Positions 14,451-24,095 of a DNA stretch of 41,729 nucleotides are shown here, in pieces. The notes beneath the pieces are model-generated. The model had not been told where the DNA came from and searched no databases. It saw nothing but the letters and a program-made list of their open reading frames with translations. Within the stretch, counting starts at the first letter, position 1. Every line of letters starts with the position of its first letter. The DNA lies in the NCBI GenBank assembly GCA_964540115.1, contig CAZILM010000003.1, forward strand, positions 1 to 41,729. The letters run 5' to 3'. The DNA is from an uncultured Candidatus Saccharibacteria bacterium (GTDB lineage: Bacteria; Patescibacteriota; Saccharimonadia; Saccharimonadales; CAYVSP01). Made by a program: the position numbers and the translations under genes.

Positions 14451-15884
14451 ATGGGAAAAGCTTTATACCGAAAGTATCGTTCGAAGTCTCTCGATGAGAT
14501 TGTCGGACAACAACATATCACTAAAACTCTGGAGAATGCTCTAAAAAAGGGTAGTATTTCTCATGCTTATTTGCTGACCGGACCGAAAGGTGTGGGCAAG
14601 ACTAGTGTGGCGCGCATTCTTGCACACGCCGTCAATAACCTACCGTACGACGAGAATACGACAAACATCGACATTATTGAAATTGATGCGGCCAGCAATC
14701 GCCGAATAGATGAAATTCGTGACTTACGCGATAAAGTGCACATAACGCCATCCAGCGCTAAATACAAAGTCTATATTATTGATGAAGTCCATATGCTCAC
14801 TCGAGAAGCTTTCAATGCTCTCCTTAAAACCCTTGAAGAGCCACCAGAACACGCTATTTTCATATTAGCCACCACCGAATCTCACAAGCTTCCGGAAACG
14901 ATTGTCAGCCGCACCCAACGCTTCACATTCAAGCCTATCGAACCAGTCGAAATAGCAACTCACCTAAGGGTCATAGCCGATAAAGAAAAGATCAAAATAA
15001 GTGATGAAGCTTTGCAGCTTATTGCTGAACATGGAAGTGGTAGTTTCCGTGACAGCATAAGCCTGCTTGATCAGGCCAGCAACTTCGACAACCAGGTCGA
15101 GTTAGCTGATATTGAGCACCTGCTCGGGATTGCACCGGATAAAGCAGTGGCAAGTTTGTATGAGAATGTAGCTTCAGGAACGGCAAAAGAGCTCCTGGCT
15201 TCGCTTGCAAAACTAAGAGAACAGGGCTTCACCTCGGCGTCGATTGCCAAGCAGTTGGCTTCTAACATTCGCGAGGAAATAATTGAGGAAAGACCGGTTT
15301 TACCGTCAAGTCAGTTAACTCCGTTACTTGGTCAGCTACTAGATGTACCAGGCGCCCACGAACCGGATAGTTTTTTAGAATTAGTTCTACTGTCTCCAGT
15401 TATGAAGCGTATAAACACTGTGGAGCCAATACAGTCTTTGTCTAAGATAGCTGAGAAGTCGCCTACTACCGAACCAGTCAAGCCAACCACTGTGACTACA
15501 CCAGAACCTGAGCCAGTAGGGCAAATTGAGGATGTAGCTGCAGACGAATTGACGACAGTTTGGCCTCAGATACTTGCAACCCTAAAAAAACGCCACAATA
15601 CTCTTTACAGCGTGGTGCGCATGGCAGAGCCTAGCTGGGTAAATGACCGACTACTGCTTAAATTTACGTTCCCGTTTCATCAGAAACGCCTAAATGACAC
15701 CCAGAACCAAACGATCTTGTCAGAAGTGATTACCGAGGTAACCGGCCAAAACATGAAGTTTGAATCAGTCGTCGATAAGAGCGCTCAGCCGCCTGCCACG
15801 GGTGCTGAAGAGACTAAAGTGGATAATGAACCTGCTTTGGACACCATTAGCAATATATTTGGCAACACCGAACTGTTAGAGTAG
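14451..15884 (+). CDS. dnaX: DNA polymerase III subunit gamma/tau
   Basis: YRKYRSKSLDEIVGQQHI, Walker A GPKGVGKTS, IIDEVHMLT and SRTQRF (sensor motifs); 477 aa. Confidence 0.9.
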   Translation: MGKALYRKYRSKSLDEIVGQQHITKTLENALKKGSISHAYLLTGPKGVGKTSVARILAHAVNNLPYDENTTNIDIIEIDAASNRRIDEIRDLRDKVHITPSSAKYKVYIIDEVHMLTREAFNALLKTLEEPPEHAIFILATTESHKLPETIVSRTQRFTFKPIEPVEIATHLRVIADKEKIKISDEALQLIAEHGSGSFRDSISLLDQASNFDNQVELADIEHLLGIAPDKAVASLYENVASGTAKELLASLAKLREQGFTSASIAKQLASNIREEIIEERPVLPSSQLTPLLGQLLDVPGAHEPDSFLELVLLSPVMKRINTVEPIQSLSKIAEKSPTTEPVKPTTVTTPEPEPVGQIEDVAADELTTVWPQILATLKKRHNTLYSVVRMAEPSWVNDRLLLKFTFPFHQKRLNDTQNQTILSEVITEVTGQNMKFESVVDKSAQPPATGAEETKVDNEPALDTISNIFGNTELLE

Positions 15885-15892
15885 GGGTATAT

Positions 15893-17254
15893 ATGGATGC
15901 CGATAAAGCCAAAATTCCACCGCAGAACACAGAAGCCGAAGCCAGTCTGCTTGGAGCTTTATTAATTGATTCCGACGCTATCGTAAAAGTTGCCGATATT
16001 ATTACGGCTGATGACTTCTACGATGAACGCCACCGGCGCATTTTTGAAGCGATCGGACAATTGTATGAGAAGCATAGTCCAATTGATGTACTAACTCTAT
16101 CCGATCAGCTCAAAGCCGAAGGTCTACTAGAAACCATTGGCGGAGCCGCTTACTTAACCGAACTTACTAATTTTGTGCCGACAGCAGCACACGTTGAACA
16201 ATATGCCGAAATTGTTGCCCAGAAAGCCCTAAGGCGACGCCTGATAAAGACTTCGCAGAATATTATTGAGCTAGGTTACGATGAAGGCCGCAATCTGCGC
16301 GAACTGATAGAAGAAGCAGAAAGCCGGCTATTTGATGTTAGCCAACGCCACGTTAAGCAAGACATCACAAGCTTGGAAGCCATTTTAACTGAAAGTTTTG
16401 ACCGCCTGGACGAACTACATAAAGATAAAGGAAAGATTAGAGGCGTTCCGACTGGCTTTAAGGATATGGATCAAGTTCTAGCCGGTTTGCAACGCTCAGA
16501 CCTGTTTGTGCTGGCCGCACGGCCTTCTATGGGTAAAACTGCTCTAGCGCTCAATATTGCCCACAATGTGGCTTTACAGGCCGAATTACCGGTCTTGTTG
16601 TTCAGTCTGGAAATGAGCAAAGAGCAGCTGGTAGACCGTATGCTCGCTATGGAGTCAGGAGTGGACGCCTGGGCACTTAGAACCGGAAACCTGACTGACA
16701 CTGATTTTGAGAAGATCGGTCAGGCCATGGGTTCTTTAAGCGAAGCGCAAATTTACATTGATGATTCACCCGGTATTACGGTTGGAGATTTGCGTACAAA
16801 GGCTCGACGCGAAGCACATCGCAGACCGCTTGGCCTGATCATCGTTGATTATCTACAGCTTATGAGTGGCGGTTCACGATTTAGCGGCGAGGGCAACCGG
16901 GTGCAGGAAATTTCTGAAATTTCCCGTGGCCTTAAAGGGATAGCCCGAGAATTAAATGTACCTTTAATGGCTCTTAGCCAGCTGAGCCGCTCAGTCGAAA
17001 GCCGCAGCCCTCAAATACCACAGCTGGCTGATTTGCGTGAATCCGGTTCAATTGAACAAGATGCCGATGTAGTGGCGTTTATTTACCGCGAGGAATACTA
17101 CAATCCGGACACTGAAAGAAGAAACATAACGGACATTTTCATCAAGAAGCATCGTAACGGCCCGACCGGTAATGTGGAGTTGTATTTTGACAGAGAAAAA
17201 CAACGCTTTAAAACACTAGACACAAAACATGCCGAGCCGTTCACGGCGGAATAA
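15893..17254 (+). CDS. dnaB: replicative DNA helicase DnaB
   Basis: PPQNTEAEASLLGALL (DnaB N-terminal signature), Walker A ARPSMGKTA, IVDYLQLM, and LSQLSR...ADLRESGSIEQDAD. Confidence 0.95.
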   Translation: MDADKAKIPPQNTEAEASLLGALLIDSDAIVKVADIITADDFYDERHRRIFEAIGQLYEKHSPIDVLTLSDQLKAEGLLETIGGAAYLTELTNFVPTAAHVEQYAEIVAQKALRRRLIKTSQNIIELGYDEGRNLRELIEEAESRLFDVSQRHVKQDITSLEAILTESFDRLDELHKDKGKIRGVPTGFKDMDQVLAGLQRSDLFVLAARPSMGKTALALNIAHNVALQAELPVLLFSLEMSKEQLVDRMLAMESGVDAWALRTGNLTDTDFEKIGQAMGSLSEAQIYIDDSPGITVGDLRTKARREAHRRPLGLIIVDYLQLMSGGSRFSGEGNRVQEISEISRGLKGIARELNVPLMALSQLSRSVESRSPQIPQLADLRESGSIEQDADVVAFIYREEYYNPDTERRNITDIFIKKHRNGPTGNVELYFDREKQRFKTLDTKHAEPFTAE

Positions 17255-17261
17255 ACGCTCA

Positions 17262-17270
17262 TGCTATAAT
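17262..17270 (+). promoter_or_regulatory. extended -10 promoter element
   Basis: TGCTATAAT (TGnTATAAT), 11 nt upstream of AAGGAGAG. Confidence 0.45.
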
Positions 17271-17292
17271 TCGACTGATTAAGGAGAGTTAC

Positions 17293-17370
17293 ATGCCGGG
17301 CCCGAGCCTGCCATTGGTTAGAAAAGTGGCAACGGGAATAAAGACATATAATTATTCTAAATACATATGA
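17293..17370 (+). CDS. 25-aa upstream ORF (MPGPSLPLVRKVATGIKTYNYSKYI), stop overlapping the next gene's start (ATGA)
   Basis: Strong AAGGAGAG lies 4-5 nt upstream of the ATG. The downstream 393-aa gene has no Shine-Dalgarno of its own. This ORF is below the ORF-track size cutoff. Confidence 0.35.
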   Translation: MPGPSLPLVRKVATGIKTYNYSKYI

Positions 17371-18548
17371 AACGTATCCGCAATTTTATTGTTAAATCAT
17401 GGCGACCGCTGCTTTTCGGTCTATTAGCCGTAGCATTAGCGGTTTTGATTATTGCTTATAGACTGAAAACTCTTCCAGGCGGTGTCAGTAATGATGAGGC
17501 AAATGCGTTAACCGCTTCAAGTTCATGGCGGCTTATACTAGACAATCCTCTGTTTTTGCCGCACAAACTTATGCTTTACGTGCTTCAAGTAGGCGGTTTT
17601 CGCCAGCTTTATGTCTTGCGTATAGTTAGCATTCTCTGGGCGTTACTCTTCATCCTATTTTTTTTCATGGTCCTCAAACACTGGTTCACGACCAGGATTT
17701 CTTTGCTTGGAACGCTGATGTTCGCAACGTCCAGCTGGTACCTAGTGTTGGCTCGTTCTTTAACCCCGGATGTACTGTTGTCTAGCTTGGTAATACTGAT
17801 GGCGGTTGGTGGTTGGCTAAGATTTGGAAGAGCGCGAGCTTTGCCATTACTACTAGCGGCCGTGGTGGCCGCTTTGATTTGCTACATACCTGGGATGCTC
17901 TGGTTCATGCTAGTTGCAGCAGTTTGGCAACGAAAGGCCATAAGCCAATCTTTGCAGGAAGTAGGAGTCGTAACTTCAATACTAGGAGCTTTTTTATTCT
18001 TACTGTTGATAGTGCCACTAATCTATTCAGTAGTGAAATCGCCAGCAATAGGTCAGACACTTATCGGTTTGCCGGCTGAGCTGCCAACCTGGCGGGTATT
18101 AAGTCAAAATCTGGTCAATATTCCGTTAGCTGTTTTCTTGAGGTCGCCGATTAATCCGACGCACTGGGTCGGTCGCTTGCCGCTTTTTGACATATTTAGC
18201 TCTACTATGTTCTTACTTGGTTTGTATAGCTTTTATTATAGGCGGCAACTGGACCGGGCAAAACTGCTAATTGGCCTGCTGGTTTTAGGAGCAATTCTAA
18301 TCGCTCTGGGCGGTACCGTTGGCATGGCAGTATTGCTACCTACCCTTTACATTATTGTTACAGCTGGTATAAATCTGATGCTGCAACAGTGGCTAACGGT
18401 ATTCCCGCGAAACCCGGTAGCACGCGTGCTTGGAGCCACTTTATTAGTAGTTGCGATATTGATGTCCTGTGCTTATCAGACGCAGCGTTATTACAATGCC
18501 TGGCAACACTCGCCCCAGACAGCACAGACGTTTAACCACAGACTGTAA
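17367..18548 (+). CDS. polytopic membrane protein, GT-C-fold (ArnT/PMT family 39/83-like) glycosyltransferase candidate
   Basis: About 10 hydrophobic helices, with a DE pair in the first predicted external loop (GGVSNDEANAL) as in GT-C enzymes. The assignment is by architecture only. Confidence 0.5.
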   Translation: MKRIRNFIVKSWRPLLFGLLAVALAVLIIAYRLKTLPGGVSNDEANALTASSSWRLILDNPLFLPHKLMLYVLQVGGFRQLYVLRIVSILWALLFILFFFMVLKHWFTTRISLLGTLMFATSSWYLVLARSLTPDVLLSSLVILMAVGGWLRFGRARALPLLLAAVVAALICYIPGMLWFMLVAAVWQRKAISQSLQEVGVVTSILGAFLFLLLIVPLIYSVVKSPAIGQTLIGLPAELPTWRVLSQNLVNIPLAVFLRSPINPTHWVGRLPLFDIFSSTMFLLGLYSFYYRRQLDRAKLLIGLLVLGAILIALGGTVGMAVLLPTLYIIVTAGINLMLQQWLTVFPRNPVARVLGATLLVVAILMSCAYQTQRYYNAWQHSPQTAQTFNHRL

Positions 18549-18583
18549 ACTTTGTTACAATAACTAGAGTTAAAGGAGATTTT

Positions 18584-18877
18584 ATGAGTCGTTTTGATCA
18601 AGCTAAGATGCTGCTTAAAGTCAAAAAACTGCAAAAGGAACTTCAGAAGATGGTCATCGAGACGGAGCAAGGCGACGGCGCCGTGCGAGTCGAAATCACC
18701 GGTGAACAAAAGATTAAAAAAATACACATTGATCCAGATTCAGTCGACCTCGAAGACATTGGTGAGCTGGAGCGATGGATTGAGGATGCTGTAAAAGACG
18801 CAATTACCCAAAGCCAAAAAGTGGCTGCAGAGAAGATGCAGCCAATGATGGGCGCTTTAGGCGAGCTCGGACTTTAG
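18584..18877 (+). CDS. ybaB: YbaB/EbfC family nucleoid-associated protein
   Basis: 97 aa, LKVKKLQKELQKM...GDGAVRVEITGEQKIKKIHIDP; directly upstream of recR as in most bacteria. Confidence 0.9.
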   Translation: MSRFDQAKMLLKVKKLQKELQKMVIETEQGDGAVRVEITGEQKIKKIHIDPDSVDLEDIGELERWIEDAVKDAITQSQKVAAEKMQPMMGALGELGL

Positions 18878-18891
18878 AGTTCGCGAACAAA

Positions 18892-19497
18892 ATGAGTGTT
18901 TTACCACCCGCATTGCAGGATTTGATTGAAGCGTTCGGGTCACTACCCGGGGTAGGGCCACGCTCGGCTGAGCGTTACGCATACTTTGCCTTAAAAAACG
19001 ATCCAGCAAAGTCCAGGCAGTTATCCAGTGCGCTGGATAAACTTCATGGCAGCATAGCGCTTTGCCAAAAAACCTTTGCCTTGGTGGAAAAAGGTCAAAA
19101 ATTTTCACCTCTATACACCGATCCTAGAAGAGACAAGAAGCTGATTGCCGTCGTGGCTGAGTCTTTTGATATCGTTGCACTGGAAAAAACCGGCCAGTTC
19201 AGTGGCACATATCATGTGCTCGGTGGTCTTGTTTCGCCAATTGATGGTATTGGTCCTGAACAGTTGCATATTAAAGAATTACTTAAACGCATCGAAGAAG
19301 ACAAAGTTATAGAAATCGTGCTGGCTACCAACGCCAGCGTAGAGGGTGAGTCAACCGCACTTTATATTCAGCAACAAATTGGAAAACGGAAAGTTAAAAT
19401 TACCCGCCTAGCGCGCGGTTTGCCGATTGGAGTTGACCTTGAATACGCCGATCAAATTACGTTAACCAGAGCATTGGAAGGACGCCAGCTCTTATGA
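18892..19497 (+). CDS. recR: recombination protein RecR (zinc-finger cysteines largely absent)
   Basis: LIEAFGSLPGVGPRSAERYA (HhH), DPRRD, TGQFSGTYHVLGG and VIEIVLATNASVEGESTALYI (Toprim). Only one Cys remains where the CxxC...CxxC motif is expected. Confidence 0.9.
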   Translation: MSVLPPALQDLIEAFGSLPGVGPRSAERYAYFALKNDPAKSRQLSSALDKLHGSIALCQKTFALVEKGQKFSPLYTDPRRDKKLIAVVAESFDIVALEKTGQFSGTYHVLGGLVSPIDGIGPEQLHIKELLKRIEEDKVIEIVLATNASVEGESTALYIQQQIGKRKVKITRLARGLPIGVDLEYADQITLTRALEGRQLL

Positions 19498-20507
19498 CGA
19501 CCGAACATGACCAAAAACAGTTGCAGGACCTCATCGAAAACGCTACAAAAATTGTTATCATGCAGGCCGATAATCCGGATGCCGACAGTTTGGCCAGTGC
19601 TCTGGCTTTGGAACAGATCTTTGATGAGATGGGCAAAGAGCCTTTTTTGTACTGTGGCGTCGATGTTCCGGGCTACCTACATTATCTACCCGGTTGGGAT
19701 CGGGTAGATAGTGAGGTGCCAACAAAGTTTGATCTTAGTATTATAGTTGATACCAGTGCTGATAGTCTGTTTACGTCGCTTGAGAAATCTGGACAGAAGC
19801 AGTGGGTGGCAGCAAAACCGTGCATTGTTATTGACCACCACGACGTCGAAAACACCATTCCTTTTGCAAGCGTGGTCTGGAATAAGCGTGCTGTTGCAAC
19901 AGGTGAAGTTATCTATGAACTTGCTCGTGTTCTAAATTGGCCCTTGAACCAGATAACTAATGATATGCTAACTTCTTCAATTATGTCCGATAGTTTGGGC
20001 CTGACCAGCGAGGGTGTTACGGCTCGAAGTGTTGAGATTGTTGCCGAACTGGTCAAAGCGGGAGTCAGCATTGCCAGACTGGAAAGCAGTCGTCGTGAAT
20101 TAATGCGAAAATCACCGGAGTTATTGAGATACAAGGGAGAACTCCTGCAACGAATAGAATATTTTGACGATAATCGCATTGCCATCATTGCAATCCCCTG
20201 GGAAGAAATTGAAAAATATAGTCCTTTGTACAACCCTTCGATGCTGGTTATAGATGAAATGCGCTGGAGTGAGGGAACAGACATAGCTATTGCTTTTAAG
20301 GTCTATAGAGACGGGAAAATTACTGCTAAGATACGCTCTAACTATGGCAAGGGCATCGCCGGTAAAGTTGCAGAGTACTTTGGTGGTGGTGGCCATCCCT
20401 ACGCCAGTGGTTTCAAGCTGACTAGCGGTTTACCGTTTGAAGAAGTAAAGACTCAGACTATCAAGGTAGTGAGCAAGTTACTTGCTAAACTTAATAAAGA
20501 AAAATGA
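19494..20507 (+). CDS. DHH/DHHA1 family phosphoesterase (NrnA-like nanoRNase/pAp phosphatase)
   Basis: DNPDADSLAS (motif I-II), VIDHHD (DHH) and GGGGHPYASG (DHHA1); ATGA overlap with recR. Confidence 0.8.
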   Translation: MTTEHDQKQLQDLIENATKIVIMQADNPDADSLASALALEQIFDEMGKEPFLYCGVDVPGYLHYLPGWDRVDSEVPTKFDLSIIVDTSADSLFTSLEKSGQKQWVAAKPCIVIDHHDVENTIPFASVVWNKRAVATGEVIYELARVLNWPLNQITNDMLTSSIMSDSLGLTSEGVTARSVEIVAELVKAGVSIARLESSRRELMRKSPELLRYKGELLQRIEYFDDNRIAIIAIPWEEIEKYSPLYNPSMLVIDEMRWSEGTDIAIAFKVYRDGKITAKIRSNYGKGIAGKVAEYFGGGGHPYASGFKLTSGLPFEEVKTQTIKVVSKLLAKLNKEK

Positions 20508-21910
20508 AACTATATAACACTCTAACCAAGACGGTTGACGAATTTAAACCCCAGCAGCCGCCACGGGTCACGTTGTATAGCTGTGGCCCAACCGTCTATG
20601 ACCACATCCATATTGGTAATCTCAGTAGCTTTATTTACGCCGACACGCTTAGGCGGGTATTAACTGCAAGTGATTACGACGTTAAGCAGGTTATGAACTT
20701 TACTGACGTGGACGATAAAACAATTCGACGCAGCCAGGAACAACATCCCGAACTAGACCCGGCAGAGGCTCTCAAAGAACTCACCAGCGAGTATAGCCAG
20801 CTTTTTCTAACCGATATGGAGGCTATCGGCAATGATGTCGAGGGACTAAAGTTCGTTAAGGCCACTGACAGTATCGCGCAAATGCAAAAACTGATTAGAT
20901 CATTATACAAAGAAGGCTTTGCCTATATTGCTGATGACGGTGTCTACTTTTCCATAGAAAAGTATAAAAGTAGTGGAAAGAAATACGGCCGATTACTTGA
21001 ACTCAAAACCGCCAACAGTAGTGAGGCAAGAATCAATAACGACGAATATGATAAAGAGTCAATCCATGATTTTTCACTATGGAAACTACGCAAAGACAAC
21101 GAACCGGCATGGGACTTTGAGCTTGATGGTCACGAATTATTAGGACGTCCCGGTTGGCATATTGAATGTTCAGCTATGTCAGTTGGGGCTCTAGGGCAGC
21201 CATTTGATATACATACAGGAGGAGTTGACTTAGTATTCCCTCATCATGAAAACGAAATTGCACAGAGTACAGCTGGAACCAATAAAGATTATGCAAACTT
21301 CTTTGTGCACAATGAGCATTTACTTGTAGACGGTAAAAAAATGAGTAAATCTTTAGATAATTTCTACACGATGGAAGATGTTAAAGAAAGAGGTTTTGAC
21401 CCTCTGGCATTACGTTTGCTTGTCTTGCAATCGCACTATCGCAGCCAATCCAATTTTACTTGGGAAAATTTAGAAGCAGCTCAAAACCGTCTAAATTCTT
21501 ACAGGCAAATGTCTGTAATGAGGCACCAGATAGTAGGACAACAGGGGGTAGCTGAAGAAGACTTAGATAACTACATTACGTCCTTGCGGCTTGCCTTAGA
21601 AAATGACTTAAACACTGCTCAGGCTTTAAGCATACTGAGCCAAGTAGCCGAAAAGATAATAACAATTGGCGTTACTGATACGTCAATTGAAACATTTATA
21701 AAATTCCTGGAGTTGATCGACGACCTGTTTGGCCTACAATTATCAGCCATGAACGACATATCCGATGACCAGAAACAGATGATCGTCGAACGTGAAAAAG
21801 CACGAAAATCTAAAGACTGGAGCAAGTCAGACGAACTACGAGAACAGTTAGAGTCTCAGGGCATTGGATTACGGGATATGTCTTATGGTTCGCACTGGTA
21901 TCGTACTTGA
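20504..21910 (+). CDS. cysS: cysteine--tRNA ligase
   Basis: HIGN (HIGH motif), KMSKS, and the WHIECS zinc/cysteine-binding region; 468 aa. Confidence 0.95.
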   Translation: MKLYNTLTKTVDEFKPQQPPRVTLYSCGPTVYDHIHIGNLSSFIYADTLRRVLTASDYDVKQVMNFTDVDDKTIRRSQEQHPELDPAEALKELTSEYSQLFLTDMEAIGNDVEGLKFVKATDSIAQMQKLIRSLYKEGFAYIADDGVYFSIEKYKSSGKKYGRLLELKTANSSEARINNDEYDKESIHDFSLWKLRKDNEPAWDFELDGHELLGRPGWHIECSAMSVGALGQPFDIHTGGVDLVFPHHENEIAQSTAGTNKDYANFFVHNEHLLVDGKKMSKSLDNFYTMEDVKERGFDPLALRLLVLQSHYRSQSNFTWENLEAAQNRLNSYRQMSVMRHQIVGQQGVAEEDLDNYITSLRLALENDLNTAQALSILSQVAEKIITIGVTDTSIETFIKFLELIDDLFGLQLSAMNDISDDQKQMIVEREKARKSKDWSKSDELREQLESQGIGLRDMSYGSHWYRT

Positions 21911-23020
21911 CTAGCCATCATCGCTTGTAGGATCAGTCACCGGCTCTAACATTTTTTTACGATTTAGATAATCTAAAACTAATATCTTCAAACAGCCCGC
22001 AACCGGAATGGCCACCAATCCGCCAAGTAACCCACCAAAACTTACGCCGATAATCACGGATGTTAAGACCAGTAGCGGCGACAGATCGGTGTGGCTGGCC
22101 TGAACACGTGGCTGGATTACATAATTTTCTATCTGCTGATAAAGAATGTAATAGGCCAGCACAATAATAGCTGCGCCAGGGGAATGGAAAAGCGCTATGG
22201 TACTGACGATAATCGCGCCAATGGTATGTCCCACCAAAGGAATCAAACCACAAATAAAAATCACAAACATAAGTGCGATTGGATAGCTTACATTAAGTAT
22301 CAAAAGAGGTATTACAATCATCACCGAAGCTAAGGCTGCTAGCAGCACCTGTCCGTTTACATAGCCTTTGACTACTCGGTACATATCGACAGCTATTTCC
22401 TGAACGTCCTTTTCTTTACTGTTCGGGATCAGACGTTTAAGAAAATCCAGCCAGGTGGGTCCTTCAATAAGCATCATAAACGTCAAAACCAAAACCGTTA
22501 ATACTGAGAAAATACTGCTGGTCACACGGGTAAATGTACTAACGGCTGAGCTGCTAAGGTTATCTAACCGATCAGACAATTGGCCCGAAAACTTATTGAC
22601 CTGGTCTTGCAGTTTATATTTGCGCACAAATTTTCCAACTGAAGAGTCTTGATTACGAACGTCTTCAATCAAGCCTGGAGCCTGATGGATAAAATTATTC
22701 GTCTGCCTTACTGTCGGGGGAACAATACTGGCCAAGAAGCCGATCAACAGACTAATGATAACCAAAAAGGAAAGAGTGGTGGCAAGTGTTCGGCTACCTT
22801 TTTTGCTGCCAGGTAGGCGCCCGGCTAGCCAGTGCACTGGCGCGTTTAGAGCCAAAGCTAAAAAGAAAGCTACAAATATAAGAACCAGGGCATGTGAAGC
22901 ACGGCGGGCACCTTCCAGAAGCAGCAATGACAGAATTACTACAGACATGATACGCACTATCGTAGCGTTGGAAATTGTTATTTCTAGGTCGCCCCGTTTG
23001 GTTTTAAAGAAAGAAAACAT
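21911..23020 (-). CDS. AI-2E (PerM/UPF0118) family transporter
   Basis: 369 aa, about 8 transmembrane helices, and the characteristic C-terminal segment QQIENYVIQPRV...LSPLLVL. Confidence 0.8.
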   Translation of the reverse strand: MFSFFKTKRGDLEITISNATIVRIMSVVILSLLLLEGARRASHALVLIFVAFFLALALNAPVHWLAGRLPGSKKGSRTLATTLSFLVIISLLIGFLASIVPPTVRQTNNFIHQAPGLIEDVRNQDSSVGKFVRKYKLQDQVNKFSGQLSDRLDNLSSSAVSTFTRVTSSIFSVLTVLVLTFMMLIEGPTWLDFLKRLIPNSKEKDVQEIAVDMYRVVKGYVNGQVLLAALASVMIVIPLLILNVSYPIALMFVIFICGLIPLVGHTIGAIIVSTIALFHSPGAAIIVLAYYILYQQIENYVIQPRVQASHTDLSPLLVLTSVIIGVSFGGLLGGLVAIPVAGCLKILVLDYLNRKKMLEPVTDPTSDDG

Positions 23021-23068
23021 GGGTTTATTATCGCATGTTTTAGGCCTAGTACAATGCGTCTATTTATC

Positions 23069-23968
23069 TTAAGAAAGCAGTCTACGGACCTTCATTGGTA
23101 ATAACTGCCCGTCAAAGTCATAGTCAAGTGTCCCTATGCCATGGCCTTTTACGCGGGAGCGGGCTTCAAGAACTTCTTCATAGATAACACGCAAATGCTG
23201 GTCGATCAGGTGTGAATCAAGTACTTTATTAGACCTATAAGTAACACTGCACAGTGGCAAAGCGACTTGTTGCTTGCAATTGTCTAGCTTCATTAGCGAA
23301 GACAGAGCCATAAAATAAGTGCGCGTATCATTATTGCGCCAAAGTGCTATTTTTTCAGCCGCCACACCAGGAGTCAGGCCGCTATCTTTAAGGCTGCGGT
23401 GTGTATAGAAACGTCGAAGCATAGCTGGTTGAAAACTGGTGTTACGCATCAAGCTGCTTAGAAGGGGGCTAGCTAGCAAACGAGCTCCAAATCCATATAA
23501 AAGCCGGCGATTACTGACAACAGTCATATCATCATAGCGGGCTAGACCGTTAAGACTCACAACCAGATCAACTTTTCTAGCTAAATCAGGATAACGCTGC
23601 AGCATGCGGGTGGCGATAACGAAACCGAAACCAATTCCAACAATAGTAAGACGCCGGCGTTTATAGCGTAGTTTTACAAGGGCCGCTAGATAATCGGCAA
23701 ATGCATCAAGTGTAGGTTTGCGACCAATCTTATAGAAACTTGACATGCCGCCGAAGCCGGGTAAATCCGGCATCGTAACGCTGCCGTAGCTATTAAGCTC
23801 TAAGGCAAACTGACCCCAGTGTTCCAGGCTAGATTGCAGTCCATAAACCAGGAAAATGTCTCTTTTTTTGGCAGATGGAGATGGCAAGTAGAGCATCCGT
23901 CCACGCAAGCCATTTATTATCAAAGGCTTAGTAGAATTCTCCAGTTGTCGTTGGTTGTTTTTTGCCAT
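23069..23968 (-). CDS. alpha/beta-hydrolase fold protein
   Basis: The start is placed at the ATG at 23968 (MAKNNQRQ...). The GIGFG segment sits in nucleophile-elbow position in an alpha/beta-hydrolase-like layout. The catalytic Ser is not obvious, so the function is open. Confidence 0.6.
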   Translation of the reverse strand: MAKNNQRQLENSTKPLIINGLRGRMLYLPSPSAKKRDIFLVYGLQSSLEHWGQFALELNSYGSVTMPDLPGFGGMSSFYKIGRKPTLDAFADYLAALVKLRYKRRRLTIVGIGFGFVIATRMLQRYPDLARKVDLVVSLNGLARYDDMTVVSNRRLLYGFGARLLASPLLSSLMRNTSFQPAMLRRFYTHRSLKDSGLTPGVAAEKIALWRNNDTRTYFMALSSLMKLDNCKQQVALPLCSVTYRSNKVLDSHLIDQHLRVIYEEVLEARSRVKGHGIGTLDYDFDGQLLPMKVRRLLS

Positions 23969-24095
23969 GGTGGTGCTAACTCTAAAATAAAAATACAATT
24001 GAGACAACCCTATTGTTGCACCTGTTAGATTTTAATGGAAAAAGATGAAGCAATAGCTAAAATAGCACTGAATCGCTATTATTAACTCTGAAGTT

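Noticed and set aside
17813-18079. 88-aa ORF in another frame inside the 393-aa membrane gene; likewise 18594-18794 inside ybaB and 19507-19935 inside the DHH gene
   Set aside because: These are embedded alternative-frame ORFs without a Shine-Dalgarno. The host genes have clear family signatures or transmembrane periodicity.
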